A stretch of DNA of 56,274 bases, counting the filler, from Bipalium vagum (Eukaryota), in the NCBI GenBank assembly GCA_037834085.1. It is 3 parts of 3 records of this genome, joined end to end, with 100 filler letters (N's around TTAATTAATTAA, not from the genome) between each part and the next. Parts side by side here need not be neighbours in the genome. Positions count along the whole stretch, not along the records: positions 40,162 to 56,274 come from JBBMKC010126498.1; 2 more parts are not named here. One strand, written 5' to 3'. Of the stretch, positions 40,162-52,864 are shown one piece after another; position 1 is the stretch's first letter, and the number at the start of each line of letters is the position of its first letter. The notes under the pieces were generated by a model. It saw only the letters and a list, made by a program, of their open reading frames with translations, was not told where the DNA came from and made no database searches. A program made the position numbers and the translations under genes.

Positions 40162-41419
40162 TAAATTAAAATATTTTATATTTTATGTATTTATTATTAT
40201 TATCCTTATCCATCAAGGGCGACCTTACAATTAAAAATAAAAAATTTACTAACATAAAATATAAATTAAAATATACAAAGTACAAATATTAAAATTTATA
40301 TACATAAAAACACCAAAATATCAGATGTTATAAAATCACAAATATCAGCATCTTGATTGTCTTCGGGTTTTGGATGGGCTTGAAGGATTGGATTGTCTGA
40401 CCTTGGAAGATTTGTTGATCGATTGGGTGAGCTGGGAGGATTTGATGGAGTCTCCACATATCTTCAAACACATTTTCATGAATATAAATTGATTCATTAA
40501 ATAAGTTGTATGTATTAAATAATTTTTCATTATGAACTTTAGATTTTGAATGACTAATAAAAGCTGTTTAAGTTATGAAACTTTTATCACAGACTTCACA
40601 ATAATGACAATAATGACTATACTTCATCATTTTTAATATTTTATATAAATATTTTGTAAAATCAAAAAATGTTATTGTTAATGCAGTAAAATCATACTTT
40701 ACAATAATACTAAAAGGAGTATTATAGAAAATCATAAAATAAATATTAGGTGTTAGTTTATTTTATGTTTTCTATACTTTTACTTATTAATAATACTTTT
40801 ATTTATTATTTTTCCTGTGTCTTATCAATTATAATATTTCTTAATTATTTAAATTCCTGTGATAACACTTTTCTTTTATTTTGTACTAAATCTTTGGTTT
40901 ATAATTAGTTCTTCGTTTTTTTTCTAAAATGATTCATAATTTCGAACTTAAGTCATTGACACATGGCAACATAAAACAAAATCAGAAGACTGTAATTAAA
41001 AAGAAAAACTCTAACATAAATACAAGATCAAGTATATGAAAGCATAAACAAAAATCTAACAATGAAAATTCAAAGAGAACGGAAATTAAATCCCATATTT
41101 ACACATAAGTGCCACAACAGAGTCAGTCAATCAAATCAAAATGTATGTTTTTTCGTAGAAGTTCGGGAATGATTTCATAACTCTAAAGCCACACACAACT
41201 TCGTCATCGGACGTTTTATTGGGACATGTTTCATAGAGTTTGCTCCGCAATGACTGACGGAAATAGTAAAATTGAAAATAAATTTCACTAGATAAAGCAC
41301 AATAATAATAATAATAATAATAAAGATCCATATGAATCAATCACACAAGAGTGGCATAAAATAATAACGTTTCATCTGGTATCAAAAAATCACAAGTTCT
41401 GAAAAATGTTGAATTGTCT

Positions 41420-44400
41420 CTAGCTCATTGCATCAACGTCACTATCATCTTGACTGTCTTTGTTCGTCAGCATAGACCTATCAACAGAATACCCATTGCT
41501 GGAAACGCTGCTAAGCTCGAAGTCAATCGACTTTTTCAACGAGTCTTCGATTTGTGAGTGTAGATCGTTGTTTCTGATTGAAGATTGAGGATTGCCCGAC
41601 GTTATGTAAATACTTGTGATCATGGGATCATCGGGATTGAAGCAGATTTCGTCCAATGGGCCAATTGAATCAGTCATTATCGTATGTGGAAGGTCCTTCC
41701 ACAAATTGGACAATGGCTGGTTTCCCAAACGTTCTAAAAATTGTTTCACTTCTCCAAAAGACTGTCGACTATCTTTCTTGTGGCCCATTTTCGTTGAAGT
41801 CGAAATCTCTTCTTTCTGAGTTTCCATTCGCGCAACTTTTTGCTTTAATTCTGCAATTACAGATCCCATTTCCATTTTTTGAATTTTCCACATCATCAAA
41901 TCTTCTTTTCTCTAAAAATTGTTTATTTATCTACGTTATTCTATAATATTTATTTATTTTTATTCTATCTTCACAAGAATCCAAATGAGAAAAAATTAAA
42001 ATAAAATATCAATAAAGACTGAATTCCTAATACATCATCCATAATTATTTTATAAAATTTGAAGCTGAGAATAGGTTAATAATAAAAATTTAATAATAAT
42101 AATCTTTAAAAAATATTATTCTGGAAAAACATAAAAGAATTGATTTTTTCATTTAATTTTTAGATTTAATTTAATTTAATTCATTTAATTTAAAATTCAA
42201 ATTTATTTATATCAATAACACAAATTTTCACGTCACGGATTTTTCAAAAAATTTAAATTATGATGGGGTTTTCAATTCTTTATTTTTTAAAAATTTATTG
42301 ATTCCATTTAATTATTTAATCATTGATTTGATTAAAACTCGGATTATACTCAACATTATAACATTGTAAAAAGAAAATTTTGTTACAGGTTTATGCAGAA
42401 ATATAAATAAAAGTATTCAAAATATATAGAAAATTATTCAGAAATATATAAAAAAATATGTATGTATTTCATAACAAATACAATGAATAATTTTCTTAAT
42501 ATATTTTGAATAGGATTATACATATATATATATATATATTTGTATGAAATTATATACATTTTGAATATTTATATATATATTTCTGCATAAACCTGTAAGT
42601 TTATCCGGAAATCGGTTTGTTTAGTCAAATTAATTTAATCCCCACATTTTTTATTTTATATAATTATTTAAATTGAAATTTTATAATTAAAATTCCTTGT
42701 AGTATGAAAACTCTTTATAATTAATGTTAATTCACGTGTATGATCTCATGTTTTTTTATTTAGATTAACATTGAAAATAAAAAATTATTGAACCACCTTT
42801 CATTATTCATTTTTTTATACAAAGGATATATAAAACTCAATTACAATGTATTCTGTAATTGACAGTCATTGTGTGGTTAATAAATAATATTAATCCTTTT
42901 TAATTATTAATAAGCATAATAGACAACTGTGAAATATTATTTTGCTTTACATTATACGATATTTTAAATAGGAAAATGCTTATATCGAATTTGGAAATAA
43001 TTTTAAGTTCCTATTCTGTATTGGATTTTCAAATATGTTTCATTTGAAAATCAAATTAAAATAACATGTACCATATTTAATTTTTCCATTCAATCTTTAC
43101 AAACACATGATTTTGGAGCACTACTTCTTTTGAAAATTTTAGAAATGTCTATAATTCCTTAAGCAAACATTTCCACTAAAACGTGCTGCTCGCATGAGTC
43201 ATGGTTTTGAGTTCTAAAATAATTTCGTTGAAAACAAATCTTTTGTTTAAAATATAATTATAATCAAACACGTTTTTAAAAATTTTTAAATGAATTGAAA
43301 ATAAGTAAAACAATTCTTGGTACTTTCTTTTCTTTTTTTTACATAACTATTTTTATAAGATATTTAAAAAATATCTTCGATTTTGATATTTATTTCCCGA
43401 TCTTTTTCTTTTCATTTTAATAATGAACGTTAAATTAGTAAATTTTTATCTTCTCATATTTAGTTGATTAAAAATTATTTTTGTAAACCATTTTGATTAC
43501 CTAAAAACAAGAAATATATTAATTAAGTAATTCATCATCTCCGATGAAATGTAATTTTTAATGGAATAAGATATACAAAAAATTAATTAAATTTTCTCCA
43601 AGAAATAATTGATTTTCTGTAAAAATAATTCTGTTCGGAAAATGAAAAAAAATTTAAATTAAATGTCATTTATATTTTCAGCTGGAATTTTCACATAATC
43701 CTACAAACAAGGTTGTCCTCATCGATCTTCTCTTACTATTTCTATTCAGATCAATGACACTGGAAAATGATGAAAAGCGATGGAATTATTTTTAATATTG
43801 ATAGTTCAGCGACAATTTTTAGATGGTATAATAAAGTTTTCAGAAGGCTTTTTTGAACAAAAATCATATTGGAATAGTAAAAAAAATATAATTTACCAAA
43901 TTAACAAATCATTTTTATTAAATTAAACAACAAAAATTTTTGAAAATTTTAATTGAAAAATCAATAATAATTCTTTTGCCAAATTATTTTTTCAATGATT
44001 CATTTTTCTTCATCATCGTCACTAGAATTTACTTTCCATAATCAAAACACCTTTTTGTATTTTTTGTCCACTTTTTAAAAAAATAAATATAACAATTTGC
44101 ATTTTTTAACAAGAGAATCTTGATTCATTTGCGTTTATGACATTTGAACCAACTGAAAAAAAGTATACTTCCAAATCTTACTTTCCAAAGGAGCTTCAAA
44201 AAGGAAAATTAAAATATAAGTTAATAAAATTTCACAGTTGTCTCATAAGAAAAAAATATAAAGTTTTTCGAATTATGAAAATCTTTTTCGACTGAAATAT
44301 AATTCGAAATGAAAAGTCAAATATTTCTTCGAAAATACATGTTGACAAAACTTGGCATGTTTATAGATTATGTATAAATAAATAAAATACGACGGTACAA

Positions 44401-47400
44401 ATTAAAAAACATATTTTTAATATTAAATTTTTAAAATATAAATAATAATTATTACTATTATTTTATTCAAATTTTGGATCAACTTTTTTATTCTTCCTCT
44501 CCGAGTGAAAAATAGTATCTTAAAAACCAAATTGCGTTGCGATATTTTAAAAAATGATATAAGTGATGATTAATATTAATGCTTAATTATGAAGTATTTC
44601 ACCCGTAGGGGAAAATCTTTCTTTGAAAATTTTTTAATAATTATGAACAAATCACTATTTGATGTACTTATGGGAAAAGGTGACGTCTGTTAAAATAGAC
44701 TTAACTCTAAATATCACCATAGAAGAGCACTATCAGGTTGAGTCGAAAGTTACCCATGTTTATAGTTATTTAAATCTCTTGTTTTACCATATCATTTAAT
44801 AATAATATTTATATGAAATATAATGGTATCATTTAAAAGCCCTTGAAAAGGAGAATATAATTATATTTTAAAAGTTAAATTTATAAAATCCCATTCACTT
44901 ATTTTTAAAGTTGGAATGGTTCAAGAAAAAGCAGTAATTCTGATCCTATTACGTCATTATTGGAAAGAAGGTCTATCAGCTGCAGCTGTGATTCGAGAAA
45001 TTTGCGACATGGAAGGCAAGGATGTGCTCAAGGAAAATACGGCTCAGTTGTGGTTTCGACGCTTTAATCAGGGAGACACCAGTCTTGAAGATCAGAAACT
45101 TTTAGGTCGACCATCGGTGGTAAACAAGGAAGAGTTTTGTGCCCTAGTAGAGCAGCAGTCTAGTACAGGCACCGAAGGCTGTCAGAGGAGCTCAAGCATT
45201 CTCAAAGCACCATCGTTCGTCATCTACATAACATGGATTTTGTAAATAAAAATCCACTCCGAGTTCCCCATTAATTGACAGATAATCAGGCCAAGCATGG
45301 AGTTGATCTTTGCCGCGAATTACTCATGATAATGCTCCAGCTCATACATCACGAATAGTGAAGCGGAAAATTCAGGAACTGCAAGGCATCGAAGTCATCC
45401 CCCAACTAGGGATAGCTCGGATCTCGTTCCTTCTGATTATCATATTTTTCGGTCTCTCTCATATTTACGAGTGAGACGCTTTGGTTCAGAGGAAGAGTTC
45501 AAAAATGGAATAGCCGAATTCTTCGACTCAAAAAAACCTGAGTGGTATCGCCAATGCAATTGAACAATTGGCAGAAAGATGGCTTTGAGGTATAGAAACT
45601 GATGGACTATATTTAGAGGATTAATGTGATCTGTGTTAAAAAAAGTTGTAAATAAAGTATTTGCTTAAAAACATGAATAACTTTTGACTCAACCTGAAAT
45701 ATCATGAATTATGGGTATTTAAAATTTTATCGATTCCTTATTTTATGGAATGAAAAAAATAGATGATTTGATTGGGGGAAATAAAAAACCTGGTGCCTTA
45801 TTTTTGATAATCAATTAACAACTTTTAAAAATGACCGGAAATATTGATTTTCAAATAAGAACAATTTATCTAATTTATTATTATTTTATGTATTTATTTT
45901 TTTGATTAATATTTTATATATCTCAAAATTCATTTTATTATTCATTTGTCTTGGATGAGCTATACTACGAAAGGAACTTCCAAAATAATGTTGTACGACG
46001 ATATCATTAAACGATTGCTGAAATAAGTTCAAAGAAAATTGATTAGTTTGGAAGAACCCGTGTCTAATTGAACAAATTGAACATACTTATTTTTTAATTG
46101 GTGAAATTACAAAATTAAAATAAATAGCAATTTTAATACTCAAAAATTAAAAAATATATCAAACTTTCGTCTCGAGGTCGACACACCGTCTCTCGGCTTC
46201 TTTCAACTGACCTCTGAGGTTCTTTTGGATACTTGAACATTCTTCAAGCTTTTCTTTTAAAATGATGACTTCCTCATCCAATCGAGAAATTTGTCTGCTG
46301 TATATTTGTTGTTGGGCCTCTGTCGCCATTACCTAATTTCAAATTCGCAGTATAATTACAGTTTAAATAATAAAGAAAACAAAATACAAACTTTTTGTCT
46401 TGCTAAACTAAGATCGGAAGCATATTCTGCTTCAACCAACTTTCTCGAAAAAACCAGTAAACCCATATTGTCTTTATTCGTCATATCTCTATCTTCATAG
46501 AAAGAAAGTCGGTCTTTTTTGGAATCTCCTTGAACAGTGGCACTGGTGACTTCTGCGTGGCATTGTTCTAAATGGCCCTAGATACATTGAAATGTAACAA
46601 TCAATTATTTGATTCTTATACCATCCACATTTTGTTAAGTTCAGTCAATCGTTTTAAGCTTTCTTTCAGTGATAAACTGGTTTCAGCTTCTCTTAACTTT
46701 ATAGCTACCAAATCTTCCTGGAGTTTAGCAACCTCTTCTGTTGGTGTTTTGGATAATCTACGATTTTCCTAAAAATGAAAAAGTTAAATACAGTGAACGA
46801 CGCTTAAAACACAATATTTTCATTTTTTCTTTAAAGAGCATAGCCAGTTTTAATTTAGATACTCAATTAAAAAAAACATTTGGAATAATCAATATTTAAG
46901 GAACGTACAGTGAAACCTGCAAATCTGGAACTAGTTTAAGCAGGAAAATTTGTATGGACCCGGAATCCAAGTTTTTAAGTCTCTTTAAGATAATTTACAT
47001 ATAAATCATATTTCGAAGCCTGGAAAACCATGATTAAAATGTCATTTCTTTTACTCAGAAATTTAAACACTAATAGTTTTTACTGACACTGAAAACAATA
47101 AATGCAGGTAATTTTCAACTATTTTTTTTTCAAACTTAATAAAAACAAAAATGAAATGAAAAAATTATAAAATTTAATGACAAAATTTAAAAATGAAATG
47201 ACAAAATTTAAAAATGACGTGACAAACCCTGTAATAATAATAATATTTTTTAAAAAACATTATTAATAATATTTATGACACATCTGATCCTTTGAATCTT
47301 ATAAACACCTTAATAATACAAATATTAGTTATATACTGTAATCTAAGGGAGATGTAAATTGTCAAATGATATTGGAAAAATAGAAATTCTATTTATTAAA

Positions 47401-49745
47401 GTTCTTTTTATAAATATAAGAAGAAAATAGTCTAGTAAGAAGGAATAATTTTTATGATCAATAATTAAGCCATTGGGCGAACATTAATATGTTTTATATG
47501 ATGAATATTAAATTTGATGAAACTTTTTTAGGAATGGTTTGATTGATTAATTTTATTGAAAATTTCACATGGAGAAAATAATTATTGTTTTCGCCGTGGC
47601 GGTATTATAATATATCTGATATCAGGCAATAAAGTTGTTTGATTATGGGATTTATTGATATACATATATCCGAAAAACTTATATTTCAGATTCTAAGCAT
47701 TTCTCATATATGTAAATTATAAAATTGAAATATTCACTATTTCATTTTAATAAATTCCAAATATTCTAAAAATTCGATAATGAATTTCCTTCATATTTTA
47801 TTGATAAGACCCTTTGAAGTTTGTTTCCTAATTATTTGATATCTTTTTTCTCTTAGATGTTGAGTAAACTTAATCAATTGATGAACCCCAACAAACATTT
47901 CCCGAAATCGATTTCTGAACTTCAAAGGGACGACTCAAATTTAGTCTACATCATTCTTAGTAACTATAAAACATGTCATTCGATATTCAGAGGAATTGGT
48001 CATAGAAACAACTTTAAACATATATGTAAAAAATTATTATAAATCCGTATTGATTTTTGTAAATTAATGCATGATGAAAAATTCACAAAATTAAATTGTA
48101 AAAAATATTACCAAGAGAATCAACCTTCAAAATTAACCTGTTAAAAAGTATTTTTATTCAGCATATTTCGTTCATAATATCAAATAAAATAAAAATCAAT
48201 TTTTAATATTAAAAATTAATATTTTTTAAGATTTAATTATTGATGTTTTTAATGATTATAATTGAAATAATTAATAAAAATGAATTGTTCAGGAATTTTA
48301 TTTTATTAATTCGATTATTATCATAATCAAAAAGATTAGTAATTAATTTAAATAAAAAAATAATTTTCAGAAGGAAAAATTAATTTAAATAATACACGAA
48401 AGACTAAAAATCAATTTAAACAAATTTTAGAAAATAATTAAGCTCAAAAAAATTATTAATATTTATTTATTATAATAATTATTATTATGAATTAGCAAAT
48501 CAAAATAAAATCATTTAGAGTTACGACCGAAAACTATATTACCTCTTCCAATTCTCTGTATTTGTCCTTGAGCTCCCTGAATGATGCATTGGTTTCGGCT
48601 TCTTTGAGTCTAATATTCACCAATTGAGTTTGTAGCTGATGAACGAGATCGGACGATACATCGATGGACCTCCGTTTCCTAATTATGTCTTTAGTATTTT
48701 CTTCAGATATTCGTCCATTCAACTGCAAAAATGAAATCAAATTAATGTCAAGAGAGACAACGATAAAGCTAATAATTAACTTGTCCAACAGCCAGTTGGA
48801 GCTGAGTTTCAGTTCCGCTAAGATTTTGGCGAAGATTTTCAACTTTATGTCTGGAATCCGCTATTTCAGTTTGTAGCTTATTGATTTCTTCCACTTGTTC
48901 GATCACTGTTTTGTTTTTCATTATCAAGACGGATGTGAGCTGCTCGCATTCCTATTTTGACAGAGTTTGTCTTTTATTGTTGTTTTATTACACTTTGATA
49001 ATTTTATACTTCAATTGTTTTAAGGATAATTAAATTAATTAGGAGAATAATTAAAAGAATATTAAAAAATTAGAATTAGAAAATTTGAAAAGAAATTTTT
49101 GTAAGGCTTTAAATTGAATTGTGACAGATTAGAGAATTTGGAATGAAGTAAACCAATTATGCGTGTCTAACATTAGAAAATAAATAAACTGCTTTAAAAG
49201 TAGTTTTTTAGTACTAATTTAAGTACAAAATAATTTTCTTCAATTAGTAAAATAGAAAACTTGTTATAGTTAATCAATCTACTTTCTTTTACAAAAAGGA
49301 AAACTCAAGTCTTTGTATCACAGAGACTTAAAAATAAGTATGATCGACATTTTATAATACAAAAATTGTATTTTAAACAAAAAAATTAAAGAACAAAGTT
49401 TTTAAATAATATATAAATAGGACTTTTTTCATTCAGGTTTTTTTTAATGTTTTCTATATTTATTTTTAAAATAACAATCGGTAAATTAAAACTATTTTAA
49501 TTAAGAAGCTGATGATAGTAATATTTTTTTTTAACTTTTTAAAGAATATCTATATAACGAATATTATAATCAGTCTTCTATTTTTTATGCATCTTAGGAA
49601 TAATTCAAACAAAATCAAAAACACATTCGCTTTGACTATACAAAAACTAAACATGAATAAGGAAGACAGTATTAGTGAAAAAATCAAGTTTATTTGTCTT
49701 CATAATAAATTATTCACAATAATAATAATAACTATTATTATTACA

Positions 49746-49793
<48 letters not shown>

Positions 49794-52700
49794 TTTATTT
49801 AAAATATATTTAAGGGTTTTTCATAAAATCGTTATAATTTTTTCAAAATATTTTAAGGTAAGTACATTAATATTAAGTGGTCACTTGAAAAAATCTGTTT
49901 TGAACTTAGTCATGGATTTCAGTTTTCAGTGAAAAAATGTTTACTCATTAATAATTTGTTTGGAGTACAGATCAAATATAAAACAATACAAAACAAACAT
50001 TCAATGTTTCAATAATTGTTTTAATGTCAAAAAATTATGAAAATACATTGCAAACCCTTTCGTGGAGTTTTTTTTAACTTAAGTGTGAGTCAGTTATAAT
50101 AAATTCTACTAAAAAATGTGAACAATAAAACAAATTTAATATAAAATTGAAGAAATGTTGAGAATTTACATGAAAAATCAATAGAAAAATGTTTTATATT
50201 AAATGGAAAATTTTTGTATGAAAAAAAGTATTAATTAAAAAAAATATTTTACTTAAAACCGGTTTGATAATATAAAAAATTTAAATATCATATAGAATTT
50301 TAAAAATATTTTTTCATGAAATAACCCATTAAATAATGTCTGTCGGTTTAATTATTATTAATCAACGAGAAATAATTGTTGTCCCACTTTTAATACATTA
50401 ATAAACACTTTTACTTTTATTTTAAAGAACACCTTTAAAACTCTTTCCTCAAATTAATAGGATCCAGCTTTAAAATATCCTTAATTTTTATATATTTTAA
50501 TATACGGGTGTGCTAATAAAACAAGAATATAAACACCATTATTACAATCATTTTAAAATGATAAAAAAGGTTTTTCAAATAATACCAGCATTGAAATACC
50601 AGAAATCAGCTTCAGTTGTGTTAATTAAATAAGGATAGAGATAGATTTAACATTGACTTTTAAAAAATTATATTTAAATAACACTTTACGGAAAATTTTC
50701 TACCAAAAATATTACAAATCAATACAAAAAAATATTCATTGAAATTATTTATTTTTTGAATTTTCGTCATATTGTAAAAAATATACTTTGTTCCAAATTT
50801 AAAAATATTATTTTATATTTACATGAGTATATTTTGAAAATATCTAAAAAATATTTCTTATTTGAAATAACATTAAATAACTTCAAAATAGACTAACTAG
50901 TATTGAAATTATATTTATTAACAATATTTATTTATTTATATTTTTATTTATATTTATTAAAAATAATATTCATTTATTTATCTATTTATTTTAAATGCAA
51001 ATTAGGATAAACGTACTATTTATGTTTTGAAGTTATATAGAAATGGTCATTCTACATATAAGGAATTGTGAAGAGTTAATTTTTAAAAAATGTTCACACT
51101 AGTGATGAAAAGTAAACAATAACAGATAAATCAAACAGAAATTTAATTAATTAAAAAAATGAAGTTTACATTTATGGTTCCTTTATTCGATAATTATATA
51201 TTTTATTTTTGAATATAGAAGATTTTACAAGCCATGTTGTAGTTAAAAAGGAAAAGATCAATATATGAGGCGTGAACAGTTATTTTCCTTCATGAAATTA
51301 ACAAAACTTTCTCAGAGAACTAGATTGACTGATAATCACTTGTCAACTTTTATAAAACTCGGCACTGCACAGAAAATTCAGCCAAACATATCAAAGATTG
51401 TCAAGAAAAAAGTGTCAAGCCTCGGGACAAAACATGAAACATATTTGAATATTTGATAATAAATGTCCACTTTGAATTATTTTCATTATTTGCATTGTAT
51501 TTGTTGCTGTTGTATTCAAATACATGCAGGCCATTTATGTTGCCTTTTAAATAAATAACAAATTTATATCTCATGCCAATTTCCTTTGTATATTTTTTTG
51601 TTAAACTGCATGCACTTTTGTGTTTGCATTCTTGAATTTGACCAAAAAATTGCATGTTTTTAAATTACCAGTAAAAGAAAAATATTCTACAATAATATTT
51701 ATTTAACGACTTTAATTATATTGAGGAAGTGCGACCCTTATGGTGGGACTCTGAGTTTGACATTCCTGTGTAGTCTACCTTAAATAATTTTAAAGTGCTA
51801 TTTATATGTGATCATTCCAAAAATGCTTGTAAAGACTTTTAGATTTTATATTTTGTATTTTTTGTATTTGCTATTTGCAAGAAGCAATACTTTTAATGTT
51901 GAACTTGAAGAAAAGTGTTATCAGCTCATGATTATGACAACTGGCTTTTACTAATAGAATTTGCCGATAATGATCTCAGTAATACGAAATCTGAGATTTT
52001 GATGTTAAAGGTTGAGAAGATGAGAAAACCAATTAGGATCCGGTTTTCCAGAATTTCAAATCTTAGTTAAGAAAATTTGTGATTTTATGAGGAATGAGAG
52101 CTTATTAAAACCTAAGCCCTGATTATATATAAATATTTAATATTAAATGGCACTTCAAGAGAATTGTACGAAGTGAGGGGTGTGACATTCAAGAACGAGG
52201 AGGATCTCAAAAACTGGCTCAACAAATTCTTCGAGACCCGGACTGGCAATTTCTGGAGAAATGGTATCAACAAATTGGTCGACAGGTGGAAGCAGGTCGT
52301 GAATAATAGCGAAAACTATATTACTGATTGATTTATTATTTGTAATATTAATAAAATAATAGTTGGTTTTCACAAAAAAACTTTTCAAAAAAAACGCGGG
52401 AACTTATGTACCAACCTAATAATTAATTATTTATGTTTCAAAGTTTATACCCCACTCGTTTTGATTTTATGAATTTCAGTTTAAAAACAAGTTTTTTCAA
52501 GAAAAATCTTTTTTGTCAATTTTAATATATTTTCTGACTCATTTTTATATTTTTATTTATATTATAATAAAACTAATACCAATACAAATACTCATAGTTG
52601 TTATTAGAAGCAGCTCAAATCAACTACTGACAATCTTTTACATCGTACTAATAAATTGTTTAAGCAGTGTCACAAATTGAAAATTAGACAAACAACTCAT

Positions 52701-52864
52701 AATCCATCAAATATAGCACATTAAAAATCAATTTATTGCGTAACCACATCAAATATTTTATAATCGATTTTTGTTTTAATTACTTAACTTAGATTATACA
52801 CAAACCATACCTTTTCAAGTCTATCTATGCGCTGGAGTAGAAGTCCATTTTCAGTTCGAAGTCT
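41420..52864 (-). CDS. EVI5: EVI5-like Rab GTPase-activating protein, coiled-coil C-terminal part (TBC domain expected upstream, outside the window)
   Basis: In-frame GT-AG exons 52864-52811 (RLRTENGLLLQRIDRLEK), 48951-48781, 48722-48543 (LVNIRLKEAE), 46768-46622 (VAKLQEDLVAIKLREAE), 46577-46392, 46332-46165 and 41911-41420 (KEDLMMWKIQ..IAELKQKVARMETQKEE). These match the EVI5-family RLRTEN and repeated KLREAE motifs. Confidence 0.88.
42386..42595. mobile_element. 210-bp MITE with long imperfect TIRs and TA flanks (Tc1/mariner type)
   Basis: TA|CAGGTTTATGCAGAAATATA...TATATTTCTGCATAAACCTG|TA. The first 20 bp are a perfect inverted repeat and similarity extends about 80 bp. Confidence 0.85.
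44733..45697 (+). mobile_element. Internally deleted mariner element with both TIRs, in an EVI5 intron
   Basis: TIRs TCAGGTTGAGTCGAAAGTTACCCATGTTT / AAACATGAATAACTTTTGACTCAACCTGA. Transposase from 44916 (WFRRFNQGDTSLED..GRPS, VPH*LT) jumps from CRELL to HDNAPAHTS, then SDLVPSDYHIFRSL, and ends DGLYLED*. Confidence 0.93.
46906..46970 (+). mobile_element. pogo/Tigger-like terminal fragment
   Basis: TA|CAGTGAAACCTG terminus followed by a GGACCCGG subterminal motif; no partner TIR found. Confidence 0.4.
49745..49800. repeat. Compound (TAT)n(TTAT)n microsatellite
   Basis: Direct reading; it explains the poly-Tyr ORF 49512-49802. Confidence 0.9.
51260..51768 (+). mobile_element. hAT transposon 3' end (GTF2IRD2/Buster-like dimerisation domain plus TIR)
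   Basis: EQLFSFMKLTK..RTRLTDNHL....L.T...IQPNI..IV matches the hAT C-terminal domain. It ends GAGTTTGACATTCCTG, close to the reverse complement of the CAGGGGTGTCAAACTC-type TIR. Confidence 0.82.
52172..52421 (+). mobile_element. mariner 3' fragment with right TIR
   Basis: Uninterrupted RGVTFKNEEDLKNWLNKFFETRTGNFWRNGINKLVDRWKQVVNNSENYITD*, then TIR AAACGCGGGAACTTATGTACCAACCTAA|TA. Confidence 0.9.

Noticed and set aside
49512-49802. Poly-Tyr/Ile ORF (also the poly-Ile ORF 54878-55096)
   Set aside because: Translation of AAT/TAT microsatellites.
52155-52388. Minus-strand 77-aa ORF as a possible EVI5 exon
   Set aside because: It is the antisense of the mariner transposase fragment, and EVI5 exons 52811 and 48951 join in frame without it.
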